42,009 bases of DNA from a virus (lineage: Duplodnaviria; Caudoviricetes): positions 1 through 42,009 of IMG/VR virus record IMGVR_UViG_3300025018_000047; one strand, 5' to 3'. Within the stretch, counting starts at the first letter, position 1. The number at the start of each line of letters is the position of its first letter. The notes below the pieces were generated by a model, which did not search any database, was not told the origin of the DNA, and saw nothing but the letters and a program-made list of their open reading frames with translations. Of this stretch, positions 25,061-34,071 are shown piece after piece. A program made the position numbers and the translations under genes.

Positions 25061-25546
25061 ATGAGAGAAAAACCAAAAGACATCACTTTCCACTATACTA
25101 ATGAAGTAATGGTTAAAGATTTAATAAAAACGCTTCCGCTCGTTAAAGGTGACACAATTTTAGATGCTGGAAGTGGTAAAAATAAGGTTTGGTATAAAAA
25201 TATACCGTTTGATTGTGGAAAATTTGAATGTGAATTAGAGGATGGGCAAGACTTTTTACAATATACTGAAAAATATGACTGGATAATCGGAAATCCGCCA
25301 TATCATATTGGATGGCAGTTTACTGAAAAGGCTGGTCAATTAGCAAATAAGGGAATAGCTTGGTTAGTAAATAATACTGAAATGAATAGCTTATTTACAC
25401 CACGAAGATTACAAATTATGTCTGATTATGGATTTAACATAACACATATAAAAGTGGTGGCTGATAAAAGATGGTTTGGTAGATATTATTTTTTAGTATT
25501 TGAGAAAAAGGAAGGATTTGTTAGCTGGGAAAGAAAAACTTATTAA
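25061..25546 (+). CDS. Small DNA amino-methyltransferase (N6-adenine type)
   Basis: ILDAGSG SAM-binding motif, DFL, and IIGNPPY catalytic motif. Confidence 0.85.
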   Translation: MREKPKDITFHYTNEVMVKDLIKTLPLVKGDTILDAGSGKNKVWYKNIPFDCGKFECELEDGQDFLQYTEKYDWIIGNPPYHIGWQFTEKAGQLANKGIAWLVNNTEMNSLFTPRRLQIMSDYGFNITHIKVVADKRWFGRYYFLVFEKKEGFVSWERKTY

Positions 25547-25601
25547 TCAACTAACACCCAGTATAATACTGGAGAAATGTAATAAATTAATTAGATAGTG
25601 T

Positions 25602-25772
25602 ATGAAAAATATTAAAGCGTGGGCGGTTGTCAGACAAAGAGATAACGAATTATTGGGAGGAAGTTATAGTAAGCCATTAGTTTATGCTGATAAAAAAGTT
25701 GCTGATAGAACTGTTAAAAATTTCCCATTTAGATATTCTAAAGTTGTAAAGTGTGAAATTAAATTATTATAA
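25602..25772 (+). CDS. Hypothetical protein (56 aa, MKNIKAWAVV...)
   Basis: Fills the gap after a junction motif. Confidence 0.65.
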   Translation: MKNIKAWAVVRQRDNELLGGSYSKPLVYADKKVADRTVKNFPFRYSKVVKCEIKLL

Positions 25773-25773
25773 T

Positions 25774-26175
25774 ATGCCAACTAAACCAACAACAAATAAC
25801 TTAGAGTGGGAGGAGGAAAAAATTAGAAAAGATTATAAAGGCATTATTCCAGAAGATAATAATTTAATTAAGGGGTGGAAAGATGAGTTAGCAAAAGCAT
25901 TAATACCTTTTATTTACACTAAACATAATAAAGTATATTTTGGGATAGATGAGCAAGAGTTAAGATACGAAGGAGTTTTACTAACAATAGGAGATGTTAT
26001 CTCTAACATTAGAAAGAAAGATGAGGAGGAGTTTATTAAGAGGTTAGGAGAACTTAGCCCAGCTTATGAAGGAGAAGCACTAGACACAAACAACAACCGA
26101 AGATGGTATGAACAAGGTTTTGGAGAACATAAAAAAGAGTCAGAGAAACTAATTAAAGACTATTATAAAAAATAA
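25774..26175 (+). CDS. Hypothetical protein
   Basis: ORF with probable start MPTKPTT, 1 nt after the upstream stop. Confidence 0.65.
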   Translation: MPTKPTTNNLEWEEEKIRKDYKGIIPEDNNLIKGWKDELAKALIPFIYTKHNKVYFGIDEQELRYEGVLLTIGDVISNIRKKDEEEFIKRLGELSPAYEGEALDTNNNRRWYEQGFGEHKKESEKLIKDYYKK

Positions 26176-26216
26176 TATATAACCCAGCCACTTTAGAGCT
26201 GGATAACAATAAAAAT

Positions 26217-26381
26217 ATGAAAAAGACTATTAGAGTCTTCGCCATAATCGGCATTGTCATCGGATCCTTAGCCATTATCGGCTGTATTGAGGAACCAGAT
26301 GCTTATGCTTTCCTTGGTGGGGCTATGTTTCTAGCATGGGGAATAATTGATTTAACTTTTATTAACTCACTTAAAAAATAA
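26217..26381 (+). CDS. Small two-helix membrane protein (54 aa)
   Basis: VFAIIGIVIGSLAIIGC and AFLGGAMFLAWGII hydrophobic segments. Confidence 0.7.
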   Translation: MKKTIRVFAIIGIVIGSLAIIGCIEEPDAYAFLGGAMFLAWGIIDLTFINSLKK

Positions 26382-26452
26382 ATTTATGCCTATAATTGAT
26401 AAAACCGTTGAGGAAGCTGGTCGCGGATATCAGATCCTAAGCGCAAAAAAAT

Positions 26453-27043
26453 ATGAACAATCAACTAGCGGAGCTAGCAATGGAGGGAGTGAAGTCCCCG
26501 AAGAACAGCAATCTATCTCAGGAGAGAATATTATCGATAACTCCGGAAGTTCTGGAGAGCCTACAATCTTTGAGCCAGGAATTAGCGGAGAACCATCAAT
26601 TGAGGAACCAACTAAAGAGATGCCCAGTTTGCAACTCTAATATTGCTGATCGGCATGTTGCTCTTTACCGGGAATTAATAGACTCCCTTTACAAGATTTA
26701 TGTTTGGTGTGGAAAGAATCGCAGGCATGAATTCAAAACTAAAGAAATTGTCCAATTCTTAGGTAAAAGTAATTATGCTAGATTTGGAGATCTAGTTAGA
26801 TTTGGAGGGATAGTCTATAAGACAAAAGCCGAAGACGGATCAAGGCGCAAAGCTCATTATGGTATAAACATGGGCCGCGCCAAAGAATTCTTTGCCGGTG
26901 CGCGACAGATACCTGTGCAGATTACGCTTAATCAAATTACTAATGAGATCGTTGATGCCCATTATGTTAGCATCAAAGATTTCCCAAGCTTAAATAGCTT
27001 GATAACAGCCGAAGGGCTATATGACTATGAAAAACTACTCTAG
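26453..27043 (+). CDS. Putative winged-helix DNA-binding protein with CxxC
   Basis: Coiled N-terminus, CPVC, helix-turn-helix-like core and a wing-like GIVYK...HYGI segment. Confidence 0.55.
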   Translation: MNNQLAELAMEGVKSPKNSNLSQERILSITPEVLESLQSLSQELAENHQLRNQLKRCPVCNSNIADRHVALYRELIDSLYKIYVWCGKNRRHEFKTKEIVQFLGKSNYARFGDLVRFGGIVYKTKAEDGSRRKAHYGINMGRAKEFFAGARQIPVQITLNQITNEIVDAHYVSIKDFPSLNSLITAEGLYDYEKLL

Positions 27044-27488
27044 TGCATTGATTGGGCTTTTTATGATAATCTTTTTCTTTGCCTTCTTTCTTTCTGTAAG
27101 GATTGCCGAGAGCCCCTCAGACAAAGAAGTTTATATCGTGAGAAGTTGCGGAGTGGAAAGCAATGTAGAAGTAACAAAATCTAATCCTGAAGAATATACT
27201 GGCATTGCTTCTTGGTATGACTACCAGCTTGAGGGGGTGTGGTATTCTAAAGACCACGCTACAGCCGCTAGCCGGTCCTTAGAGCGATATTCCTATGCAA
27301 AGGTGACGAATATATCAAATGGCAAGTCTGTGGTTGTTAGAATCAACGATTTTGGCCCAGAAGCATGGACTGAAAGAGAGATTGATCTCTCATCTTATGC
27401 CTTCTCCCAGATAGCTGACCTTAAATTAGGGCTAGTAAATGTGAAGATTGAGCCATTACAAGACTTATCCACTACCAATGATAATTAA
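27021..27488 (+). CDS. rlpA: RlpA-family lytic transglycosylase (double-psi beta barrel), membrane-anchored
   Basis: GIASWY, TAA, VTN..NGKSVVVRIND.GP, IDLS..AF motifs; N-terminal TM helix. Confidence 0.9.
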   Translation: MTMKNYSSALIGLFMIIFFFAFFLSVRIAESPSDKEVYIVRSCGVESNVEVTKSNPEEYTGIASWYDYQLEGVWYSKDHATAASRSLERYSYAKVTNISNGKSVVVRINDFGPEAWTEREIDLSSYAFSQIADLKLGLVNVKIEPLQDLSTTNDN

Positions 27489-27530
27489 AGTGTGCTATTA
27501 TATCTTTATAAGTAATAATGACCTAAATAT

Positions 27531-27701
27531 ATGAAAATTAGCTTCCTTGATGCACTCGACAACAAATCTCTAGAACAAATGAAAAGCTTTGGACATGTAT
27601 TTATAAATAGATATACCGGCCAAACTAGAATGAAAGTATATAAACCTAAAAATTATGCCAATTTCAACAATCGAACTAATAGATCAGGGACTAAAGCTTA
27701 G
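27531..27701 (+). CDS. Hypothetical protein (56 aa)
   Basis: ATG after a TGCTATTAT extended -10-like site; overlaps the next gene. Confidence 0.45.
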   Translation: MKISFLDALDNKSLEQMKSFGHVFINRYTGQTRMKVYKPKNYANFNNRTNRSGTKA

Positions 27702-28572
27702 CCGAGAAGAAGAATATCTTGGCAAAGAAAAAACTAGCTTCTGGGCATCAGAAACTGAAACCATGGCCTTTGACATCTATCATCGCTGGATGAAGACTGA
27801 TCCAACTAACCCAATGGATGAAGAAAAGATGATGATGCTGAAAATGCGTAAATTAACCGAAGATGCAGTTGTCCACTATTTGCGTAAAACTGGCCAAGTT
27901 ATTGAAAGATTTACAAATGAAGAAAGGTGCTTCTTTGAATGGGGCCCCAATCATGTGCCAATCTCTGGATACCCTGATACTGGCCTAATGAGTGGTGGTG
28001 ATGAAGCCATAGTTGAAGTAAAGACCTATTATGGAGGAAAGCAACATAGCGAAATTAGAATCGGGCATATTAAAACGGCTTACCTCAAACAATTAGCGAT
28101 ATATCTCTATCATTTCAAAATTAAGCACGGCATTCTCTTAATGATTAACCAAGGAACTGGAGAGAGATTCGAGTATGATCTATATCAGAAGGGTAAAGAC
28201 AAATATCATTTTATCTGCCCTGACAATGAGGTTGAAATTAATCTTTTAGAAGTATTTAAGAGATGGGAGAAAATTTGGTTAGAAAATATTTTGCCAAAGA
28301 AAGAGCCTGAAATTGAATTCCTTTATAAATACGATATCGAAAGGATTAAATGGGATGAGATAGCTGATAGTGCCATTTCTAAAGCTAGAACTAACAAGGC
28401 TGTTCTGGGGGATTGGCAGGTCAAGTATAGTGATTTCAAAGATTTAATAATTAAAAAACAAGGAACAGTCGCGGGATATACGCCCGAAGAATTAAGTAGG
28501 ATCCGGGAACTTACCGCTGGCTATTCCACTAAAAAAACTAATCAGGTTAGGTTTGATCCAGCCGACCTATAA
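27655..28572 (+). CDS. PD-(D/E)XK exonuclease (Cas4/RecB-like)
   Basis: ISGYPD...IVEVKT...QLAIY motifs. Confidence 0.85.
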   Translation: MPISTIELIDQGLKLSREEEYLGKEKTSFWASETETMAFDIYHRWMKTDPTNPMDEEKMMMLKMRKLTEDAVVHYLRKTGQVIERFTNEERCFFEWGPNHVPISGYPDTGLMSGGDEAIVEVKTYYGGKQHSEIRIGHIKTAYLKQLAIYLYHFKIKHGILLMINQGTGERFEYDLYQKGKDKYHFICPDNEVEINLLEVFKRWEKIWLENILPKKEPEIEFLYKYDIERIKWDEIADSAISKARTNKAVLGDWQVKYSDFKDLIIKKQGTVAGYTPEELSRIRELTAGYSTKKTNQVRFDPADL

Positions 28573-28577
28573 AAACT

Positions 28578-28736
28578 ATGTCAAAAGACAAAGAACTAAC
28601 TTGTAAAGATTGCGGTGGCTCATTCATTGTGACCACTAGCGAGCAAGATTTTTTCGCAAGCCGGGAACTGGCCATCCCCAAGCGATGTAAGCCATGCCGC
28701 CGCCTTAGGAAAGCTAATCAATTAGGAGGCTACTAA
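28578..28736 (+). CDS. Zinc-ribbon protein (zf-trcl-like, 52 aa)
   Basis: DKELTCKDCG..F..T..EQDFF......PKRCKPCR. Confidence 0.85.
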   Translation: MSKDKELTCKDCGGSFIVTTSEQDFFASRELAIPKRCKPCRRLRKANQLGGY

Positions 28737-28737
28737 T

Positions 28738-28962
28738 ATGGCAGTTATCAAAATGCATCCAATCGTATCGTCTAATATTGCGGCCGTAGGATACGATAAG
28801 GATTCGCAGACAATGCAAATTACCTTCAAAAATGGCTCAACTTACACTTATACTGATGTGCCGTTGGCTATGTATGAAGGAATATTCACAGCTGATTCTG
28901 CTGGAAGATATGTTCAGCAATTCATTGTGAAGGGTAAATATAAATCATCTAAAAAGAAGTAA
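28738..28962 (+). CDS. KTSC domain protein
   Basis: SSNI.AVGYD......I.F.NG..Y.Y..VP...Y.....A.S.G.Y. Confidence 0.92.
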   Translation: MAVIKMHPIVSSNIAAVGYDKDSQTMQITFKNGSTYTYTDVPLAMYEGIFTADSAGRYVQQFIVKGKYKSSKKK

Positions 28963-28964
28963 AT

Positions 28965-30200
28965 ATGAAAATTATCGAATTAAAAAGTTCTAATATTAAA
29001 AGACTAAAGGCCATAGAATTACATATAGATGAGAATCAAAACCTCATCATGATCACGGGCCGGAATGCACAGGGGAAAAGCTCTGTCCTCGATTCTATTT
29101 GGTATGCCTTAGGTGGAAAACGCGCCGCCCAAGATAAACCAATTAGAAATGGCGAGGATAAAGCTGAGGTAGAACTGACAATGAAAAGCGAGAAAGGCAC
29201 TTATATCGTTAAGCGCTCATTTACTGAGAAAGGTTCTTATTTAACTGTCACCAATTCTGACGGGGCAAAATATCAAAACCCTCAGGAATTTCTTGATTTC
29301 ATTGTCGGCAACCTCTCCTTTGATCCGCTCGAGTTTTCCAGAATGGATCAAAAGAAACAAGTAGCTGAGCTTACTAAAGTTGTTGGCCTAGACTTTGGTA
29401 AGTTAGATGAAAAGAAAAAGAAGCTCACTGAAGATCGATTAATTGTTGGCCGGGAAGAAAAATCTCTGCCTAAATATAGTGAAGACGAAGTTAAAATGGC
29501 TGATGAGTTTGATAAAGACGAACTGTCTGTAGCTGAGATTAGTGCAAAATTAGAAAAAGAAACCGGTATTAGAAATACCTATACCAGCATTCAAGATAAG
29601 ATTGAGACTAAGAAAATAAACATCGAGGAGGCCCAACTAAAAATCAAACATCTTCAAGGTCTTATCGAAAGTGAGAAAAAGGAAATGGAGGAGCTATCTA
29701 AGGTGGAGGATACTAAAGAAAACCTTGATACTCTACGCGCTAGTCTATCTGAGGCTGATGAAACTAATAAGAAGATTCGCAAAGCTAAGGAGATCAAGGA
29801 AAATATAGTTAAGGCTCAAGCTAAGAAAGCTGAGTATGATAAATTAACGGCTGAGATAGCGGCGATTGAAGAAGATAAGAAAAATAAACTGTCCAGCGCT
29901 AAGATGCCAATCGAAGGGTTAAGCTGGGATGAAGACAAAGTTCTCTATAACGGCATCCCCTATGATCAGATATCTTCAGCTGAACAATTAAAAGTTTCAA
30001 TGGCGATTGCTATGTCCGCTAATCCAAAACTCAGAATGCTTCAAATCAGAGACGGCTCTCTACTCGATAAGGATAACCTCAAGGTTATTCAAGAGATGAC
30101 AGCTGGTAAAGACTTCCAAGCCTTCATTGAAAAGGTAGATGATAGCGGAAAAGTTGGGATCGTGATCGAAGATGGAGAAATTAAAAAAATTAATAAATAA
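28965..30200 (+). CDS. SMC/Rad50-like ABC ATPase with coiled coil
   Basis: GRNAQGKSS Walker A, long coiled coil, ISSAEQ signature, IRDGSLLD. Confidence 0.85.
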   Translation: MKIIELKSSNIKRLKAIELHIDENQNLIMITGRNAQGKSSVLDSIWYALGGKRAAQDKPIRNGEDKAEVELTMKSEKGTYIVKRSFTEKGSYLTVTNSDGAKYQNPQEFLDFIVGNLSFDPLEFSRMDQKKQVAELTKVVGLDFGKLDEKKKKLTEDRLIVGREEKSLPKYSEDEVKMADEFDKDELSVAEISAKLEKETGIRNTYTSIQDKIETKKINIEEAQLKIKHLQGLIESEKKEMEELSKVEDTKENLDTLRASLSEADETNKKIRKAKEIKENIVKAQAKKAEYDKLTAEIAAIEEDKKNKLSSAKMPIEGLSWDEDKVLYNGIPYDQISSAEQLKVSMAIAMSANPKLRMLQIRDGSLLDKDNLKVIQEMTAGKDFQAFIEKVDDSGKVGIVIEDGEIKKINK

Positions 30201-30207
30201 TAATTTT

Positions 30208-30600
30208 ATGAAAACAATCTTAATTGTGAACACCACCTTAGATGGTCTAAGGTCTGACAAAGAAAAATTGGTTGCTTCTCTAAGCGATCAAGGAAACTTA
30301 AAAAGCTGGGGAGATGATTCTGTCCAGACTATCGATGAGGTCGTTTATTTCTTCAAGGTTATCTCTCTGAGTGACTATGTCTCTAAGTTAATGAGTATGG
30401 TTGGCAAGGGATATGATGAGATAAAACTTGACCCAGTTATTGACGAAGTGCAAGGTTTATTGTCAACTTTAGCTCCTTTCAGGAAAGAAGAGCATGAAGA
30501 TGCCCCTGAAACCCCTTCAGAGGCCACAGAAGAGCCAGAGAGCGATGATGAAGGAGAAGATGACTTAGATATCGAAAACGAAGAAGAATTAACTAAATAA
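30208..30600 (+). CDS. Hypothetical protein with acidic tail
   Basis: ORF with probable start MKTILIV. Confidence 0.65.
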   Translation: MKTILIVNTTLDGLRSDKEKLVASLSDQGNLKSWGDDSVQTIDEVVYFFKVISLSDYVSKLMSMVGKGYDEIKLDPVIDEVQGLLSTLAPFRKEEHEDAPETPSEATEEPESDDEGEDDLDIENEEELTK

Positions 30601-30606
30601 ACCAAT

Positions 30607-30927
30607 ATGAAGTTCAAAGTTCAAAGAAAATTGAATCTGGCCAACATTGATAAGGATCTTTGGCCTTATGAAACTGAAGATATTGGCATCGAAGATGCTG
30701 ATAGTTTTGAAGAGGCCCAGCAAATGGTCGATAAGCTGGTTGCCGAAAGAGTAGAATACTATAAAGCGAAGTCGGAGGAGTATCACAGATCTAAATCATT
30801 AGGAAATAAAACACAGCAGCCATTACCTTCTGTTTCTGCTCCTGCAGTCTCACCAGTAACCAGTAATCCAGTTCCTGCAAACCCAGCCGGATCTACCGGA
30901 GGAATGCCTGCCGAATTTAATGTTTAA
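30607..30927 (+). CDS. Hypothetical protein
   Basis: 106 aa with a P-rich tail. Confidence 0.7.
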   Translation: MKFKVQRKLNLANIDKDLWPYETEDIGIEDADSFEEAQQMVDKLVAERVEYYKAKSEEYHRSKSLGNKTQQPLPSVSAPAVSPVTSNPVPANPAGSTGGMPAEFNV

Positions 30928-31144
30928 TATGAAAGAATTTTATTCACCAAAAGAAGCGGCTGAAATACTGTCTGTAAATCGCAAGACGATATTGACCCTA
31001 GTCAATTCAGGCAGAATTAAAGCTACCAATGTAGCAGTTGGGACCAGAGCGCTATATAGGATTCCTCGCGCCGAGTTAGAAAACTTTATTAATAGCAACA
31101 AGGAATATGGACCAGGAAATACCAAAAATCAAGAAAGTAGTTGA
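30920..31144 (+). CDS. Excisionase-like helix-turn-helix protein (HTH_17/MerR-like)
   Basis: YSPKEAAEILSV...TI......G.IKA.......YRI. Confidence 0.85.
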   Translation: MFNMKEFYSPKEAAEILSVNRKTILTLVNSGRIKATNVAVGTRALYRIPRAELENFINSNKEYGPGNTKNQESS

Positions 31145-31598
31145 AATTGGAGAAACACCATTCCAATTCATTGCTAAAGAGGAAAGTATCCTTCAAGGTT
31201 GGGATGCTAAGATTCGCAAAACCATTTATCTTTTCAAAACGGATAGTGGTAATTGGGGTTATTATGATAAGGAGACCTCCCAAGTAATTGATGTCACACA
31301 ATGGAAAGAGAAGGCTGCTTGGGTTGGAGATCATTATGTTAAGATGTCTCTCTATCATAGGATAATCATCAGATTTGCTCAGCCCTTAAATTATAGTGGT
31401 TGGGATCCAGCTACACGCAGAGAAGTCCCAGTCACTACTACTGAAGCTATGGTTGTTGTCACTGATAGCGCCTATAAGCAAATAGTGGAGCAACTTAATG
31501 GCCGACCGGCTGATTCTTTTCTCAAATTTCAATTTACTACGCGTAAAATCCAAAATCGCCAATCCACTTATATTGATAAGGTTGTATGGGTAAGTTAG
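31107..31598 (+). CDS. Hypothetical beta-rich protein (possibly ssDNA-binding)
   Basis: 163 aa, aromatic and beta-rich, in the recombination module; function is a guess. Confidence 0.5.
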   Translation: MDQEIPKIKKVVEIGETPFQFIAKEESILQGWDAKIRKTIYLFKTDSGNWGYYDKETSQVIDVTQWKEKAAWVGDHYVKMSLYHRIIIRFAQPLNYSGWDPATRREVPVTTTEAMVVVTDSAYKQIVEQLNGRPADSFLKFQFTTRKIQNRQSTYIDKVVWVS

Positions 31599-31957
31599 AA
31601 ATTGTCCTGACTGGCCGTATTCCTAGCAAGAAAAACTCTAAGCAATGGATTAAGCGCGGAGGAAGAATGTTACTCGTGCCAAGTGATAACTACGCTGCTT
31701 GGCATGAGGAGAAAATGTGGGAGTTGAAAAAGTATAGAGTAAAGACCCCAATCAAGAAATGTAAAATGAAAGTCCAGATAGCTTTCCCTGATAATAGAAG
31801 GTCCGATCTCAGTAATAAATTTGAATCCTTGGCTGACCTTCTAGTGGATGCTAAAATATTAGAGGATGATGACCATAAACTGCTAACTGGGATATCTGTT
31901 GATTCCCTAGGAGTCGATAAAGATAATCCCAGAGCAATTATAATAATAGAAACATAA
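31586..31957 (+). CDS. rusA: RusA-family Holliday junction resolvase
   Basis: IPSKKN, RRSDLSN....L.D.LV...IL.DDD, NPRA motifs. Confidence 0.88.
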   Translation: MGKLEIVLTGRIPSKKNSKQWIKRGGRMLLVPSDNYAAWHEEKMWELKKYRVKTPIKKCKMKVQIAFPDNRRSDLSNKFESLADLLVDAKILEDDDHKLLTGISVDSLGVDKDNPRAIIIIET

Positions 31958-32017
31958 TTAATTTAACGCCTTAACTTTAAGTATAAAATTATATAGTTAA
32001 AGAAGGCCCAAAAAAGT

Positions 32018-32233
32018 ATGTTACACAACGCAGTCGGCAGTATGCCTGCCAACCCGGAGGAAGAGAAAATCGAAGCTCCGGCTGAGGAAACAGTTGAAAC
32101 ACCGGTTAAAGAAACCGAGCCGGTGATCAATGAGCCTGCAGATGATGTTCCTCCAGTAGAGGAAGACGAGGATTCTGATGATGAATCAGAAGACGAAGAA
32201 TTAGAGGGCGATGAGCCTGTAATTAATGAATAA
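32018..32233 (+). CDS. Highly acidic small protein
   Basis: 71 aa, E/D/P-rich, PVINE repeated twice. Confidence 0.55.
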   Translation: MLHNAVGSMPANPEEEKIEAPAEETVETPVKETEPVINEPADDVPPVEEDEDSDDESEDEELEGDEPVINE

Positions 32234-32591
32234 AACTATGCCAAAAAAAACAAATAAAGCATTAGACTGGGCAAAGCATTGTGCCAAATCACATGGTGTC
32301 AGTCATATGATGCCAGAGAAGCTAAAAGCTAGAGGAGAGAAATTGCTAAAAGATGCAGATAAATTAACTGAAATGGGCGATGAACTGAATAGAAAACAAG
32401 CTGATTTTAGTATAGATAGGGATAACCTTTGGCATGATGTCCGAAAAGAATTGGAAGCTAAAGGAGTTAAAGATGCTTTCCGAAAGAAAATGATTGACTT
32501 TGATGCAAATGCTAGAGCAGAGGGATTCTTAGTAGTTAATCTACTTGATGACCCTCAGGATCGCCCGATGGGAAGACCAATGCAAATGTAA
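32226..32591 (+). CDS. Hypothetical protein, last gene of the + arm
   Basis: 121 aa ORF ending at the terminator. Confidence 0.7.
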   Translation: MNKTMPKKTNKALDWAKHCAKSHGVSHMMPEKLKARGEKLLKDADKLTEMGDELNRKQADFSIDRDNLWHDVRKELEAKGVKDAFRKKMIDFDANARAEGFLVVNLLDDPQDRPMGRPMQM

Positions 32592-32594
32592 AAC

Positions 32595-32627
32595 AAAAAG
32601 ACCCTGGAAATACCGGGGTCTTTTTTT
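32595..32627. terminator. Bidirectional intrinsic terminator between the converging arms
   Basis: AAAAAGACCCTGG-AAATA-CCGGGGTCTTTTTTT. Confidence 0.88.
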
Positions 32628-32628
32628 A

Positions 32629-33585
32629 TTAAAGAGTTCCTTTCTCAAACATGTCCCATTGATCTCTCGTAAGCGGAAGGGTTCTGCCTTTAGTGTCTCC
32701 ATTATTTCTCATATAGAAGGTGAGGGAGAGAGCACCATTTTCACCTGTTAAAATTTTGCCGTCTAAGTATATGCCAAATTGGCCATCACCTGGTTGCTTT
32801 GGCTCTCCTTCTTTTCTAACTAATTGAACTAATGTATTGTTTGCGATTGTAGGTTTAGACATAGATTTTTTATTAATTGTTATTTTTAAGGCCCAATAAT
32901 AAGCATCATCCCATGACCTCAGAGTCTTTAGTTCAGGCTCGTAGGTATCAGATATTTGCTTGGTGGAATATCTGGCCAGTAATACAGCATGAGTATATTT
33001 GCCGTTAGGGTTATAATACTCTCCATTATCATCTACATACCAAGCGTTGACATAAAGCTGTAATGATCCATATCTAGAGGCTTCTTCCCAGCGCTCTCTT
33101 CCAACCCATTCTCCCCAGATCTCGTTTTCTTCATTAAACTTATCAGCTTCAGGCTGAGCTTCTGGAACTCTAGCATAAGCATAATATCTATCTCTGGTAT
33201 TTTTAGGATCTCGGTCCTTCATGTCCCAGTCTTCAAATTCAAATGGTATTAGGAATTTTCCTTGTGCAGTGGCCATAACTTGATTGCCACTATTTCCGAC
33301 TCCTGGCTTTGTTCCTGATAGAACAATTAGATCTCTATCGGCAAAATTATAGTCTTGATTGTAGCGAGCCTTGAGGTAGGCTCTGCATCCTTTGTTGAAA
33401 CTATGGCCAACACATCCCCAAGTATCAAAATAAACGCTTGCCTGGGTCTTAAATGGCGGAAGAAAGGGGATTAAATTCCCACCAGTATAAACTTCTACTT
33501 TTTCAATATTAGTCATTCCCCCAAACTCCATTGTTTGTGGGCCAATCTCTGGGAGAACGACTGCATTTGGTGGTTTTATTTCCAT
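32629..33585 (-). CDS. Papain-like cysteine peptidase, candidate endolysin
   Basis: Q...DTWGCV (Cys), THAV (His), SDTY (Asp); lies downstream of holin-like genes. Confidence 0.7.
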   Translation of the reverse strand: MEIKPPNAVVLPEIGPQTMEFGGMTNIEKVEVYTGGNLIPFLPPFKTQASVYFDTWGCVGHSFNKGCRAYLKARYNQDYNFADRDLIVLSGTKPGVGNSGNQVMATAQGKFLIPFEFEDWDMKDRDPKNTRDRYYAYARVPEAQPEADKFNEENEIWGEWVGRERWEEASRYGSLQLYVNAWYVDDNGEYYNPNGKYTHAVLLARYSTKQISDTYEPELKTLRSWDDAYYWALKITINKKSMSKPTIANNTLVQLVRKEGEPKQPGDGQFGIYLDGKILTGENGALSLTFYMRNNGDTKGRTLPLTRDQWDMFEKGTL

Positions 33586-33707
33586 AAATTTAATAATAAA
33601 TATCTAACGAGCTCATCTTCACTTGCAACTTTAATTAATAATACTAAAATATAGAGTCCAAATAATGCTAAGGCATCTCTTATTATTTTATATATTGCAT
33701 TAAGCAT
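33576..33707 (-). CDS. Small membrane protein (43 aa, MLNAIYKIIRDALALFGLYILVLLI...)
   Basis: Hydrophobic helix; overlaps the peptidase start. Confidence 0.45.
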   Translation of the reverse strand: MLNAIYKIIRDALALFGLYILVLLIKVASEDELVRYLLLNLWK

Positions 33708-33837
33708 ATAATAAGCATTACGACTATTGACGAATATATCAGACATCCACAAGTTATTAATAAAGATACCATAGATGAGTGCTTAATTTGTTAGAAAAGG
33801 GGGAGGATTGGCAAGCCAAATTTAGAAATTATTTGCT

Positions 33838-34071
33838 TTATTTCTCCCCCCATATTTCCTTGGCCTTTTTGGATTTTTTAGCTTGTCTTACTCTTAAAAG
33901 AAGTTCAATTACTTCATCTAAGGTTCGATTGCCCCAAAGTTTGTGCCAAGCGTTGTGTCGCTCCATATCAATTAGCAAGAGGTTGCTTTCTACTTTCTGA
34001 CCACCTCTGCTTTTTGGTTTGAGGTGATGGCGATTTCTTGCTTTTCGGTTTTGGCTGGTTTTACCTTTCAT
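33838..34071 (-). CDS. Small HNH endonuclease-like protein
   Basis: RHH..PKSRGG....NL......H..WH; strong SD AGGAGGT. Confidence 0.8.
   Translation of the reverse strand: MKGKTSQNRKARNRHHLKPKSRGGQKVESNLLLIDMERHNAWHKLWGNRTLDEVIELLLRVRQAKKSKKAKEIWGEK

Noticed and set aside
27655-28572. CRISPR-associated cas4
   Set aside because: No other cas genes or array, and no four-cysteine Fe-S pattern; a stand-alone phage exonuclease fits better
30920-31144. Evidence for an integrating temperate lifestyle
   Set aside because: No integrase, CI-like repressor or partition genes were recognised
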